Of a stretch of 64,000 nt of DNA, positions 48,407-57,935 are shown piece after piece. Positions within the stretch are counted from its first letter, which is position 1. Each line of letters opens with the position of its first letter. Location of the stretch: IMG/VR virus record IMGVR_UViG_3300018868_001080; one strand, written 5' to 3'. The DNA comes from a virus. The notes beneath the pieces are model-generated. The model searched no databases, was not told where the DNA came from, and was given only the letters and a program-made list of their open reading frames with translations. A program made the position numbers and the translations under genes.

Positions 48407-48502
48407 ATTATAACTGTGTTTGTTCGTTAATCAACTGTATACATACCAACTCTTTATATTACTGTATTATTATAACCAAATTAATTTAGAAATCAACTGT
48501 AT
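48407..48502 (-). promoter_or_regulatory. Tandem duplicated promoters ATACAG-TTGATT-N16-TATAAT
   Basis: Copies at 48407-48440 and 48469-48502. Confidence 0.7.
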
Positions 48503-48544
48503 TTGTTTGGAATTTATGCAATATAATGTTGCAACATGCACTTA

Positions 48545-49513
48545 TTAACTCTTGAGAGATCGGAGTGCGGTTATGGCTTGCTGATCATTAGGATTTTTTC
48601 TAATTCTTTGTATGAGTTCTTCTGCACGGCCTACATTCTGTTGCACTGGTGCTGTATCAGTGGCCACTGGATCTGCTGCACCAGTAATACCACCGCGACG
48701 GGCAGTACCAGCTATCTGTCGTTGCAACTGCTGCGGTGCACCACCTGCAGCAGACTTGAGCGCTTGACCCAATGCACGCGGTGCATTCACAATGCGTGAA
48801 TATGCACCAATGCCTTTGGTGAGCGCATTTACTGGTGCAGCTGCAATTTTACTGATCATATCTGGTCCCCGGGGTTGTGCAGGTTGTGGTGCAAGTGCAG
48901 CTGCAGCTGCAGCTTGTGCAGACACTTGATTGCGATAATTCTGATTGACAGTTCGTCCTGGTGCGCGCTGCTGCTGTGGTTGCTTTGGTTTGATTGTTGC
49001 TTTGGGTGCACTATTAGATGGTGCTGCAGGTGCGACAGGAGGAGCTGGAGGTGGTGGTATTTTTCCGCCCCCGGCAGTAGCTACAGGTGCTTTTACTGCA
49101 GGTGCAGGTGCTACTGCTGGTGCTGGAGCTACAGGTGGTACAGGTGCTACTGCAGGTGCAGGTGCTACAGGTACCGGGACAACTGCTGGCGCCCTTGATG
49201 CAGGCTTTACAGGTGCATTGGGCACTGTCTTGTACTTGCTGATAATATCCTGATACCTGCTCTCAAACTCTGACATCTTCTTTTTTGCAGCTGACTTCTC
49301 TCCCTGTGGTGCACTTGGGTCATTTGCAATCCTATTCATTACATCATACTGCTTGGCTATTTTTGCAGCATCAACAGGCTTTTTGCTTGCAGGTGCAGGC
49401 ACTGTCGTTGCTGCAGCTTGACTGGGCTGCGGCAATGATGGTCGAGGTGGTGGTAGCTGAGGTACACCCTGCTCTTCAATTAAACTGTGGAAGAAATTAT
49501 TAAACTTGCTCAT
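48545..49513 (-). CDS. Pro/Ala-rich low-complexity protein
   Basis: PAVAP repeats; MSKFNNFFHSLIEE N-terminus. Confidence 0.6.
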   Translation of the reverse strand: MSKFNNFFHSLIEEQGVPQLPPPRPSLPQPSQAAATTVPAPASKKPVDAAKIAKQYDVMNRIANDPSAPQGEKSAAKKKMSEFESRYQDIISKYKTVPNAPVKPASRAPAVVPVPVAPAPAVAPVPPVAPAPAVAPAPAVKAPVATAGGGKIPPPPAPPVAPAAPSNSAPKATIKPKQPQQQRAPGRTVNQNYRNQVSAQAAAAAALAPQPAQPRGPDMISKIAAAPVNALTKGIGAYSRIVNAPRALGQALKSAAGGAPQQLQRQIAGTARRGGITGAADPVATDTAPVQQNVGRAEELIQRIRKNPNDQQAITALRSLKS

Positions 49514-49913
49514 TGCTTAGAATATACTCCTTGTACAAATCTTTTATATGCACATCATTCAAGCCATTGTCCTTGAGTATGGCTTCAATTGCCACAATGT
49601 CAGCCAAATTGACAATCATTTCACCTGCAGGTGCACCCAGTTTTTGCAGAATAAAAGCTTTTAATCCTTGTAAATTATTGTGTGTAGGTGCTGCCACCAT
49701 GGAAGCAGGCAGATCCACCATGGGGTTCATGTCTTGTGCAGGTTGCATCACTACAATGGAAACTGAGCCACCACACTCATGCAGCACATAACCCTCATAG
49801 CCTGCATATGCTTTGAATGCATCATGCTCTTTGTTGAGAGGATCAAACTTTATGCGTATTCTTTTCAAATTCTGCGCTTTGGCAGTACTCTCAATTAGTT
49901 GATCAAATTTCAT
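49500..49913 (-). CDS. Late hypothetical protein
   Basis: MKFDQLIES N-terminus; TAAATA upstream. Confidence 0.6.
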   Translation of the reverse strand: MKFDQLIESTAKAQNLKRIRIKFDPLNKEHDAFKAYAGYEGYVLHECGGSVSIVVMQPAQDMNPMVDLPASMVAAPTHNNLQGLKAFILQKLGAPAGEMIVNLADIVAIEAILKDNGLNDVHIKDLYKEYILSNEQV

Positions 49914-49965
49914 TGACTATAATATTTATTATTGAATATCACAAACTTTAAGTTATATTATTAAT

Positions 49966-50613
49966 ATGTCTACAAAAGTATTAATTCCATACGCAAATCA
50001 TAACCACCCTCGATCTGAACAAGAGAAGCAGGAGATCATTGCACATGCTGCAAAAGCTTATGAAGCATATCTGGATGCATTGTGCATTGATTGGCGCAAT
50101 GATCCCAACAGTTCCAACACACCACACCGAGTGGCCAAAGCCTTTGTGGAAGATCTGGCCAGTGGTTGTTACAGTACCCCGCCCAAGGTGACTGCGTTTG
50201 CAAATGTGGACCAGTATGATGGCATTGTGTGTCAGAACAACATCAGAGTAACCTCACTTTGCTCTCATCACCATGCAGCGTTCACTGGTGTGGCACATGT
50301 GGCATACATACCTGCACGTGATGGCAAGGTCATTGGATTGAGCAAGCTTAATCGCATTGTGGACTGGTTTTCACGCAGACCACAGGTGCAAGAAAATCTC
50401 ACCATGCAAATTCATACACATATTGATGAAGCTTGTGTGAAGAACAATGGTGTAGCAGTCATGATTGAAGCCAAGCATTCATGTTGTTCCAACCGCGGCA
50501 TCAAGCATGATTCTACTATGCGCACTGCGCGCATGTCTGGTGCATTCCTGGACAATGGCGACAACTCTCGTTCAGAGTTTTACAAGTTCATTGAATTTGC
50601 ACAAGTGCATTAA
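49966..50613 (+). CDS. folE: GTP cyclohydrolase I
   Basis: TPHRVAK, SLCSHH, GLSKLNR, QVQENLT, HSCCSNRG. Confidence 0.95.
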   Translation: MSTKVLIPYANHNHPRSEQEKQEIIAHAAKAYEAYLDALCIDWRNDPNSSNTPHRVAKAFVEDLASGCYSTPPKVTAFANVDQYDGIVCQNNIRVTSLCSHHHAAFTGVAHVAYIPARDGKVIGLSKLNRIVDWFSRRPQVQENLTMQIHTHIDEACVKNNGVAVMIEAKHSCCSNRGIKHDSTMRTARMSGAFLDNGDNSRSEFYKFIEFAQVH

Positions 50614-50655
50614 GTCTCATCCAGCTCCAATTGATCATCACTTGCTTGCCCTGCA

Positions 50656-51312
50656 CTAAGCCATCTGGCGTCTTGCCGATGTGTCGCAAGATTGCATATC
50701 TGAAGTGCCTTTTAGCAAAAGCGGTTCTCTTAGGCTAAGCTCAATTGACTTGAGATTTTCACTGAACTCAAGCAGAGGAGCAGTGCTAGGAATCAAGCCA
50801 ATCTTTTGCAAAGCTAAAAAGGTGGGCGGGTGATTCATGGCATTTCTAATTTTAGCAGGGGACGCTCGACCATTGGCAATAACCTCTGAGAGGATATCCT
50901 TGGCAATCATGGCAGTATACTCATTGGCCGCATTTGCTTCAAACATCTGCTCGTCACTATACCCCTCAATTCTGGTTGGTTCTGCAATCTCATACAGCTC
51001 AGCCAACAACTTTTCCAGGATAACAATCTCTTGCTTGTTTAACTCATAGGCTTCAAGTGCAGCTGGAATAACAGATTGCATCTCAATTAACTCTGCCTCC
51101 AGGGTGAGGATGACGTGTGGGAGTGCATTTTTTTTTCTACAATTGGCCAGCTCCATTTCTTTGGCCTTGAGCTTCTTTTCGCCCACCTCCTGCAGCATGG
51201 CAGCTCGGTAGCGTCCCTCCAAAAATCCCTTCAGTGTCTTGATCTTCTCCCAAGTAGTCTCTCCAATTACTTGGTAGCGGTAATTAAACTCTGTATTTAG
51301 TTTTGCAGCCAT
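50656..51312 (-). CDS. Coiled-coil protein downstream of the propeller-repeat fibre
   Basis: Helical ORF; TAAGTA-N6-ATG. Confidence 0.6.
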   Translation of the reverse strand: MAAKLNTEFNYRYQVIGETTWEKIKTLKGFLEGRYRAAMLQEVGEKKLKAKEMELANCRKKNALPHVILTLEAELIEMQSVIPAALEAYELNKQEIVILEKLLAELYEIAEPTRIEGYSDEQMFEANAANEYTAMIAKDILSEVIANGRASPAKIRNAMNHPPTFLALQKIGLIPSTAPLLEFSENLKSIELSLREPLLLKGTSDMQSCDTSARRQMA

Positions 51313-51339
51313 AAATTATACTTACTTTATAGCTATAAA

Positions 51340-54075
51340 TTATCCATATGCAGCTGCTGCAGGGCCACTCCTGGCTGTACCCACTCCTGCCACATCATTG
51401 CCCACCACTCCAGTGTTAGTAACCAGGTTAGTCATGGAAACACCGGATCCTACGGATCCATAGCCAAAGATGGCTTTGTCAGTACCATATGCAGCTGCTG
51501 CAAGGGCGAATCTAGGTGTGCCTACCCCTGTCACATCATTGCCCACCACTCCAGTGTTAGTAACCAGGTTAGTCATGGAAACATTACCGCCTGTACCTCC
51601 CCCATAACCAAAAATGGCTTTGTCAGTACCATATGCAGCTGCTGCAAGGGCGGTCCTAGCTGTGCCCACCCCAGTCACATCATTGCCCACCACTCCAGTG
51701 TTGGTAACCAGGTTAGTCATGGAAACATGGGAAGCTACATATCCATAACCAAAGATGGCTTTGTCTGTACCATATGCAGCTGCTGCAAGGCCACTCCTGG
51801 CTGTACCCACTCCTGCCACATCATTGCCCACCACTCCAGTGTTAGTAACCAGGTTAGTCATGGAAACATTACCGCCTGTACCTCCCCCATAACCAAAGAT
51901 GGCTTTGTCTGTACCATATGCAGCTGCTGCAAGGTCACTCCTGGCTGTACCCACTCCTGCCACATCATTGCCCACCACTCCAGTGTTGGTGACCAGGTTA
52001 GTCATGGAAACATTACCGCCTGTACCCCCATAACCAAAGATGGCTTTGTCTGTACCATATGCAGCTGCTGCAAGGGCATACCTAACTGTACCCACCCCAG
52101 TCACATCATTGCCCACCACTCCAGTGTTGGTGACCAGGTTAGTCGTGGAGACCAAAACACCCCCAGCTGCAAATCCATAACCAAAAATGGCTTTGTCAGA
52201 AGTAGTAGGTGTTATTACATCACCATACCTGGTTGCAAATGTTGCATAGAATGTTCTAATTGCCCCTACGTTGCAGTACAGTGGTCCACTGGTGTAAGAC
52301 CACACACCACCAGTGGTTCTCTTGAGAACATGAAAGGAGTTATCAAAATTAGGACTGCCTTCATATGTGCTCACAAACAGTCCCAAGGAATTGTCTGCAA
52401 AGACATCCAGCTTGGCTGATTGGATGCTACTGGCTTCAGAGGGATTGAAGGCAATTCCACCCAAACCTGATCCCTGACATGATGCAACAACTGTGTTGGA
52501 TATGATGGTGTTGGTAGTAAAATTATATTCTATGAGCGCTATGGCTGCACGTGGAAGAGACACTGTTTTCTTGACGTATATGATGTAGGCTATGTTGCTG
52601 TCTGTTTTGCTGAAGTCCAGCCCAACAATGGGTGATCTGCCATCAAGATTGTCTCCACCGCCAATGCCGGGATCAATCCTGTAGTCAGTGGCCACACTGG
52701 CGTCTGTGTATATGGCCACATTATCAAAGTAGAGTGTACCAGCTGAAGTGACACCAGCAGTGTGAAAGACACCCAAGTAATCGCAATTGTAATCATAATT
52801 ATACACAATGCCGGGGCTGCCATCAAAAATCAAAGCATTGTCCGGATATGAATGTATGGTGTTACTGCTTCCGCTGGCTCCGCCCCCGGGGTAAGCTAAC
52901 TTATAACCTGATGCATTTGTCTTGTCTTGCACCGCAATCAATGCAGCACCATTTGCACGGAAATCGCGCGCCACAGCGCTTATTTGCGTTGGTGTGGACC
53001 ATGTGAGACCTCTGTCAGTTGAAGAAGAAGTAAACAGAGGTTTGGTATTTGAGGTGCCGGTATCGAAATAGAAATAATAATATGTGTTGTCAGCAGCTAT
53101 GAAGAGATGGTCAGTGCCTGGAAAGAATGAGACTGGTGGTGCAAGATTGGCTGGTGTGGAGACTATATCCCATGATGTGCCGTTCCATCTTCTGACAGAT
53201 CTGAAGAGACCAGGGTCTCTGGCATTTGTAACCATTGCAACCAAACTATTATTTGCACCACTCTCATAAGCCATGACCATTTGTGTCCTGCTATTTCCTG
53301 CAAAGGGAATTGTCGTGATTTTGCTCAGTGTCACCAGATTGTTGGTATATTCTCTTATTTCAAAAGGAGGTTTGCCTGTATCCAAAGCGGTTCCCTGAGC
53401 CAGAAAGGACATTTTCTGTACAATAACAGAAACAGGATTTGTGGGTGTGGGTGTCACAGTGGGTGTCACAGTGGGTGTCACAGTGATTGTGGGCGTCACA
53501 GTGGGTGTCACAGTGATTGTGGGCGTCACTGTGGGTGTCACAGTGGGTGTCACAGTGGGCGTCTCAGTGATTGTGGGCGTCACAGTGGGTGTCACAGTGC
53601 ATGTGGGTGTCAGAGATATGGTGGGTGTAATTGTAATGGTTGGTGTGACTGTGTTGGTAGGCGTCACTGTGGGTGTCTCAGTGGGTGTCACAGTGCATGT
53701 GGGTGTAATTGTAATGGTTGGTGTCACAGTAGGTGTCACTGTGGATGTAACGGTGATGGTAGGCGTCACAGTAGGTGTTGCAGTGCGTGTGGGTGTAATG
53801 GTGGGTGTTGCAGTGCGTGTGGGTGTAATGGTGGGTGTTGCAGTGCGTGTGGGTGTAATGGTGGGTGTCACAGTAGGTGTAGCGGTTGGGGTGGGTGTAA
53901 CTATTGTAGGCGTTACTGTGATTGTAGGTGTTGGTGTTATTGGTACAATCACATAGTTGGTATCTGTTTTTGTAACATTAACAATTGATGCTAAATTCTT
54001 TTTCACATACTCTACACCATTTATAGTGACATAATTGTAACCAGACAATGCTGCTATATTTGGTAGTACTATCAT
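51340..54075 (-). CDS. Large adhesin/fibre: PT-rich linker, BNR/Asp-box domain, six Kelch-like C-terminal repeats
   Basis: (PT[VI]T)n, SSTDRGLTWS Asp-box, six ~47-49-aa repeats. Confidence 0.75.
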   Translation of the reverse strand: MIVLPNIAALSGYNYVTINGVEYVKKNLASIVNVTKTDTNYVIVPITPTPTITVTPTIVTPTPTATPTVTPTITPTRTATPTITPTRTATPTITPTRTATPTVTPTITVTSTVTPTVTPTITITPTCTVTPTETPTVTPTNTVTPTITITPTISLTPTCTVTPTVTPTITETPTVTPTVTPTVTPTITVTPTVTPTITVTPTVTPTVTPTPTNPVSVIVQKMSFLAQGTALDTGKPPFEIREYTNNLVTLSKITTIPFAGNSRTQMVMAYESGANNSLVAMVTNARDPGLFRSVRRWNGTSWDIVSTPANLAPPVSFFPGTDHLFIAADNTYYYFYFDTGTSNTKPLFTSSSTDRGLTWSTPTQISAVARDFRANGAALIAVQDKTNASGYKLAYPGGGASGSSNTIHSYPDNALIFDGSPGIVYNYDYNCDYLGVFHTAGVTSAGTLYFDNVAIYTDASVATDYRIDPGIGGGDNLDGRSPIVGLDFSKTDSNIAYIIYVKKTVSLPRAAIALIEYNFTTNTIISNTVVASCQGSGLGGIAFNPSEASSIQSAKLDVFADNSLGLFVSTYEGSPNFDNSFHVLKRTTGGVWSYTSGPLYCNVGAIRTFYATFATRYGDVITPTTSDKAIFGYGFAAGGVLVSTTNLVTNTGVVGNDVTGVGTVRYALAAAAYGTDKAIFGYGGTGGNVSMTNLVTNTGVVGNDVAGVGTARSDLAAAAYGTDKAIFGYGGGTGGNVSMTNLVTNTGVVGNDVAGVGTARSGLAAAAYGTDKAIFGYGYVASHVSMTNLVTNTGVVGNDVTGVGTARTALAAAAYGTDKAIFGYGGGTGGNVSMTNLVTNTGVVGNDVTGVGTPRFALAAAAYGTDKAIFGYGSVGSGVSMTNLVTNTGVVGNDVAGVGTARSGPAAAAYG
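51343..52200. repeat. Six ~141-147-bp tandem repeats with variable loops
   Basis: DKAIFGYG-x-VS.TNLVTNTGVVGNDV.GVGT-x-AAAAYG. Confidence 0.9.
53440..53945. repeat. Pro-Thr coding short tandem repeats
   Basis: Iterations of gtgggtgtcaca-type units. Confidence 0.9.
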
Positions 54076-54080
54076 GATGA

Positions 54081-54485
54081 TTACTTGTTAATGTCAATGA
54101 GTGCATTCAATTTTTGTAGAAATTCCATGCCCAACAACACTGGTGTTTCATTTCTGCTTCTGTCTGCTATTGAAAACTTCACCTTGTTATATTTTTTGCC
54201 TTTGAAAATAATGTCAAACTCCACAATGGGTCTGCTTTCATTAACACCTGATCCAATGTGTATCACAATTGTGTCTGCAATTTTTTTCTGCAAACGCAAA
54301 TTGTTGGGTGTGGAAACAAAGGTGACTGTGCCATTCTCTATCTGTATGTTGCGACCGTCCAGCACGTTAAAAGCACTGTTGCCTGAATCTGCCATGCTAT
54401 CCACCACACCAACACCTTCAATGGTAATGGACTCTATTAAATTGACTATGTTTTTCTCGTAATAGTACTGCCGGAAGGGATTCAC
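54081..54485 (-). CDS. Retropepsin-like aspartic peptidase (RimK-associated type)
   Basis: MADSGN motif, RPIV, DRSRNETPVLLG. Confidence 0.75.
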   Translation of the reverse strand: MNPFRQYYYEKNIVNLIESITIEGVGVVDSMADSGNSAFNVLDGRNIQIENGTVTFVSTPNNLRLQKKIADTIVIHIGSGVNESRPIVEFDIIFKGKKYNKVKFSIADRSRNETPVLLGMEFLQKLNALIDINK

Positions 54486-54489
54486 CCCA

Positions 54490-54699
54490 TTATTTATTCT
54501 TTTTATTATATGAAAGCTTGGTGGGCCGCTCTATATATTCTTCCAGGTGCTTTGCAAATGTCTTTACTTGTTCCACAACAATGTCCTTCTCCTCACCCTT
54601 GAGCTTCTTGGTGCGTTCATACAGATCCAGTATGAAATCTGAGCTTATTCTGATGTAACTCACACCCTCTTTGAGCTCAGTTTTCTTTAAAAATTTCAT
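54490..54699 (-). CDS. Small late protein
   Basis: TAAGTA-N5-ATG. Confidence 0.55.
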   Translation of the reverse strand: MKFLKKTELKEGVSYIRISSDFILDLYERTKKLKGEEKDIVVEQVKTFAKHLEEYIERPTKLSYNKKNK

Positions 54700-54772
54700 T
54701 TAAATACTTAAGAGAAAAGTTGATAAGGCTACTATTTGTTGAGATAATATGCTCGATCACATAAATATTATC

Positions 54773-55306
54773 ATGTACAGAGATGATATTAACAATTTAA
54801 ATAATGCCTTCTTAAAGGTAATAAATGAAGGTGTAGCAGATTTAGGACCTCAGGCAGACTCACAGCAGGGTTTGTCACCAGTGATACCCACCATAATCAA
54901 GGGCAAGCAAGAGGAGTGTGAGGATTGTGGGTGCGATGGCAGCTCTACAGCTGCATCAGTCAATCCACCGGATGCTGATGAAATTGAAATGGCCAGGGGT
55001 GAGCTACACAACACCATTCGCCATGCCATTAGTTTGTATGCAAAACTCAAAACAACCAACAATCTTGAGGCTTGGGTGCGCGCAAAAATAACAAAAGCTG
55101 CAGATTATTTGAACTCTGTGAAACATTACATGGACACTGATGAAGTGCAGAGTGAGCAAAATGAAGAACAGGAATTGTTCAATGCTCTTGATCAAGGTTC
55201 AACAGATATCATGCACAAACTTTCCAGCATACTTGCACGTGAAAGCAAGGAAAATTTAGAAAAAATCTTGTTTGAAGTGGTGCAGTTGATTGAAAAGAAA
55301 ACTTAA
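54773..55306 (+). CDS. Late hypothetical protein (start revised to MYRDDI)
   Basis: LEAWVRAKITKAADYL motif; TAAATA-N5-ATG. Confidence 0.65.
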   Translation: MYRDDINNLNNAFLKVINEGVADLGPQADSQQGLSPVIPTIIKGKQEECEDCGCDGSSTAASVNPPDADEIEMARGELHNTIRHAISLYAKLKTTNNLEAWVRAKITKAADYLNSVKHYMDTDEVQSEQNEEQELFNALDQGSTDIMHKLSSILARESKENLEKILFEVVQLIEKKT

Positions 55307-56091
55307 TACATCATTCGACCAACTGTCAAACCGCCATCCACCTGGTAGGGCGGGTTGGTGAGTTTGTTACCAAATGCCTTGTCTGTATCTTTCATCAATT
55401 CTTTGCCCAGAAAGCTGTTCACTTCATTCTCTTCGCTGCTGTAGCTTGCAAGATGCTTGTCAAAGATTTTCTTAATCTTGTCATGATTGCTGGTGTACAT
55501 CTTCTTAATTAAATTCATCTTCTGATTGTCAGTGAGCGTGCTATACATCTTGCGCAATTCAGATGCACTCTCAATATCCTTGCCAAAGATGTTGCTACCA
55601 AATTTAATTGCTGGAAATGTGTATATGTAGCCATGCTTGGAAAATGGTTCCATGTTTGCAACAGAATAATCCTGAAAATATGATGCAGTACCATCCTTCT
55701 TGATGCGTGTGAACAATGACTGCCTGGTGGGGTCTTGCTTCTCTTTGCTACTCACTGCAAATACAGCCTTATCTTTATCAGGATTATATTTCTTGAGAAT
55801 CTCCTCTGATCTGAATGGTGACTTCACTTCAATAATTTTATTCGGGTCTATGCCTGTGGATGATATTATGAGCTTCTTCTCTTGAGCTGTGAATGGTCTC
55901 TCCTCTGTGTAGCCTGTTATGGCTATGTAGGTATCTGCATCTGGAAATGTATGTTGTATGTTATCGAAAATGCTTTTATGGCCCAAATGAAAAGGATGAA
56001 AGCCACCTGGAAAAATTACTACTGTCTTGCCCGTACTCTCTACAATAAAATGCTTGTGAACAATGCTCTCTACCAATGCATCGAATTTCAT
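55303..56091 (-). CDS. Cytidylyltransferase-like (HxGH) nucleotidyltransferase
   Basis: FPGGFHPFHLGH, SASELR. Confidence 0.8.
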   Translation of the reverse strand: MKFDALVESIVHKHFIVESTGKTVVIFPGGFHPFHLGHKSIFDNIQHTFPDADTYIAITGYTEERPFTAQEKKLIISSTGIDPNKIIEVKSPFRSEEILKKYNPDKDKAVFAVSSKEKQDPTRQSLFTRIKKDGTASYFQDYSVANMEPFSKHGYIYTFPAIKFGSNIFGKDIESASELRKMYSTLTDNQKMNLIKKMYTSNHDKIKKIFDKHLASYSSEENEVNSFLGKELMKDTDKAFGNKLTNPPYQVDGGLTVGRMMY

Positions 56092-56414
56092 CTATTTAAA
56101 TCTACATCCGGATCATATTTTCTCACCAGTGTGATGAGCTGTGTGAGTACTTCCTTGGCATTCTCCGGGTTAATGTCTGGCAGCTCAATGATGGTGTCTG
56201 TGTCTGTGGTGTCAGGCTTGATCACAAGAGCTTTCTTCAGCAACCTCACCAGCATTGTCTCACCTTCAGAAGTTAAAGGTGCAGCAGGTTGAGCAGCAAC
56301 AGGTGCAGCTGCATCTGCAGGTGGCATGGCGGCATCTTGTGCAGGGGGCAATGCAGAGGCAGGCTCCTGTTCAAGTAGGTGCTGATATTTTTTCAGAGTT
56401 TCTAGAAATTTCAT
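56088..56414 (-). CDS. Hypothetical protein
   Basis: MKFLETL..LLEQ N-terminus, PA-rich. Confidence 0.6.
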   Translation of the reverse strand: MKFLETLKKYQHLLEQEPASALPPAQDAAMPPADAAAPVAAQPAAPLTSEGETMLVRLLKKALVIKPDTTDTDTIIELPDINPENAKEVLTQLITLVRKYDPDVDLNR

Positions 56415-56417
56415 AAA

Positions 56418-56876
56418 TTAGGTTTGTATTTGACCTGCCACGCTTTTTATTTTTGAAGAAAGCTTCTTGAGAAGAACACCATAGGATCTTTCAATATCTT
56501 TCTGCGGATTATCAAAAGGATTCAGCCCACCCTTTGCCTGTCCACCTGCGAGGTTTTTTACCAACATTACATCACTGGCAGAAATTGAATTTTTACCTAG
56601 AATACTTGATGAATTTTCTGCATTCTCTTCACCGCCACCTGTGTCAGATGCATCTGCAACCTGGTTACCATCTTCATCCATATCAATAATGTTGTAGCCT
56701 GCAGCATGCTTGCGCATCATGCAATAACACTTTTTCTTGGAAGTGGGATGCTGATATTTGTGTATCACATCAAATTCATCGGAAACATCTGCACAATTAT
56801 CTGACTCCATGGCGCTAGCTTCACGCAGATCCAGATCTTCATATATAGAAGACAGCTTCACAAGGTACTTGCTCAC
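56418..56876 (-). CDS. Late hypothetical protein
   Basis: TAAATA-N5-GTG. Confidence 0.6.
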   Translation of the reverse strand: MSKYLVKLSSIYEDLDLREASAMESDNCADVSDEFDVIHKYQHPTSKKKCYCMMRKHAAGYNIIDMDEDGNQVADASDTGGGEENAENSSSILGKNSISASDVMLVKNLAGGQAKGGLNPFDNPQKDIERSYGVLLKKLSSKIKSVAGQIQT

Positions 56877-56887
56877 ATATGTATTTA

Positions 56888-57454
56888 TTATCTCAGAAGC
56901 AGTTGTTTGGATTTTATTGCATTAAAGTACACATCAGATAAGAAGGTTAACCCATACTTCTGTGTAAAAATGCGGATCTTACGGAAAGTATACTGCTCAT
57001 AGCTGGTTCTATCAATAAGAGCTCTTATTCTGTACAGAATCTCCATTCCCCTGGCCTCATTCTTTTTTACCAGATACACAAAGGACTTGAATGTATGGCT
57101 TGTGATGAATATTCGCACAGGAAGCAATCTCATGACTTTGCGAAGCAACATTTCAATGAACAGAGTCAGCTCTTCTTCAGCAATGTATTTGTTCAGATCA
57201 GTTTTGATCAGATTGCTTGTGCTGTAAAATACAACCACCTTCTCACTGCATCGCGCATGCAGTATCTCCTCACACAATGCATGTATGATGCCGTGGTACA
57301 GCAGCTTCCTGATGTCTTTGTTTGCGAGTCTGATATCAGTTAATTTGTAGTCATTCAAGTGTGCAAAGAAATTGTGCAGAATTTTGTCATTGTAAATTTT
57401 TTCAAAATCAATAACATACAAGTTGTGTGTTGGTAGCAGTATGCTGTCTGACAT
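56888..57454 (-). CDS. Hypothetical protein
   Basis: TTGAGT-N16-TATACT-N7-ATG. Confidence 0.6.
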   Translation of the reverse strand: MSDSILLPTHNLYVIDFEKIYNDKILHNFFAHLNDYKLTDIRLANKDIRKLLYHGIIHALCEEILHARCSEKVVVFYSTSNLIKTDLNKYIAEEELTLFIEMLLRKVMRLLPVRIFITSHTFKSFVYLVKKNEARGMEILYRIRALIDRTSYEQYTFRKIRIFTQKYGLTFLSDVYFNAIKSKQLLLR

Positions 57455-57481
57455 GTATTGTAGTATATGTGCGGTATGACA

Positions 57482-57907
57482 TTACTCAACAAATCGGTTC
57501 TTAAATTCTGTTGGTGGCGTGCCTATGCGTACATTTATTATGCCGTTGTAATAGTTGTCATTGAGCAGCACATCTCTGGCTATTTGTTCTTTTATTTCAA
57601 AATAAGCTAACTCCCATTTGGATCCACATGTGCGTAGAATTTTAAATTCAAACTGTTCTTTGCCAAGCTTCAGCATATCTGCATTCAATTCATTTGATGA
57701 GCTAGTATAGCCTCTCCAGCTTGATTCCTTGATTTCAATTCTATTTCTAGTCTTGCCCTTGAGCGGCTTTTTCTTGTGTCTGGATTTGCACTGCTTCTTG
57801 CCAATGTACTTCTTGTTGGTGCTTAGATTCGTTATTTCGTATATGAAGCCAAATGTTGTTTCATCAATAACAACACCATCTGCCAATAGCCAGTGTCCGG
57901 TGTCCAT
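57482..57907 (-). CDS. Stand-alone GIY-YIG nuclease domain protein
   Basis: GFIYEITN..KKYIGKK, WRGYTSS, YYN. Confidence 0.8.
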   Translation of the reverse strand: MDTGHWLLADGVVIDETTFGFIYEITNLSTNKKYIGKKQCKSRHKKKPLKGKTRNRIEIKESSWRGYTSSSNELNADMLKLGKEQFEFKILRTCGSKWELAYFEIKEQIARDVLLNDNYYNGIINVRIGTPPTEFKNRFVE

Positions 57908-57935
57908 GTCTTACTTAATTTGCATGCATCAGAAA

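Noticed and set aside
51343-52200. CRISPR array or DGR template/variable repeat
   Set aside because: The repeats are in-frame coding units of ~141 bp; variation includes indels and does not look adenine-specific; no reverse transcriptase or cas gene in the window.
53281-53988. Cys/Gly-rich and Val/Gly-rich plus-strand ORFs
   Set aside because: Antisense shadows of the Pro-Thr repeats; the same applies to 48875-49253 and 51727-52419.
56888-57454. RNase H/FEN-like nuclease
   Set aside because: Only a weak N-terminal VIDF resemblance; the other acidic catalytic motifs are not evident.
57482-57907. Mobile homing endonuclease
   Set aside because: Only the catalytic GIY-YIG domain is present, with no C-terminal DNA-binding modules and no intron context.
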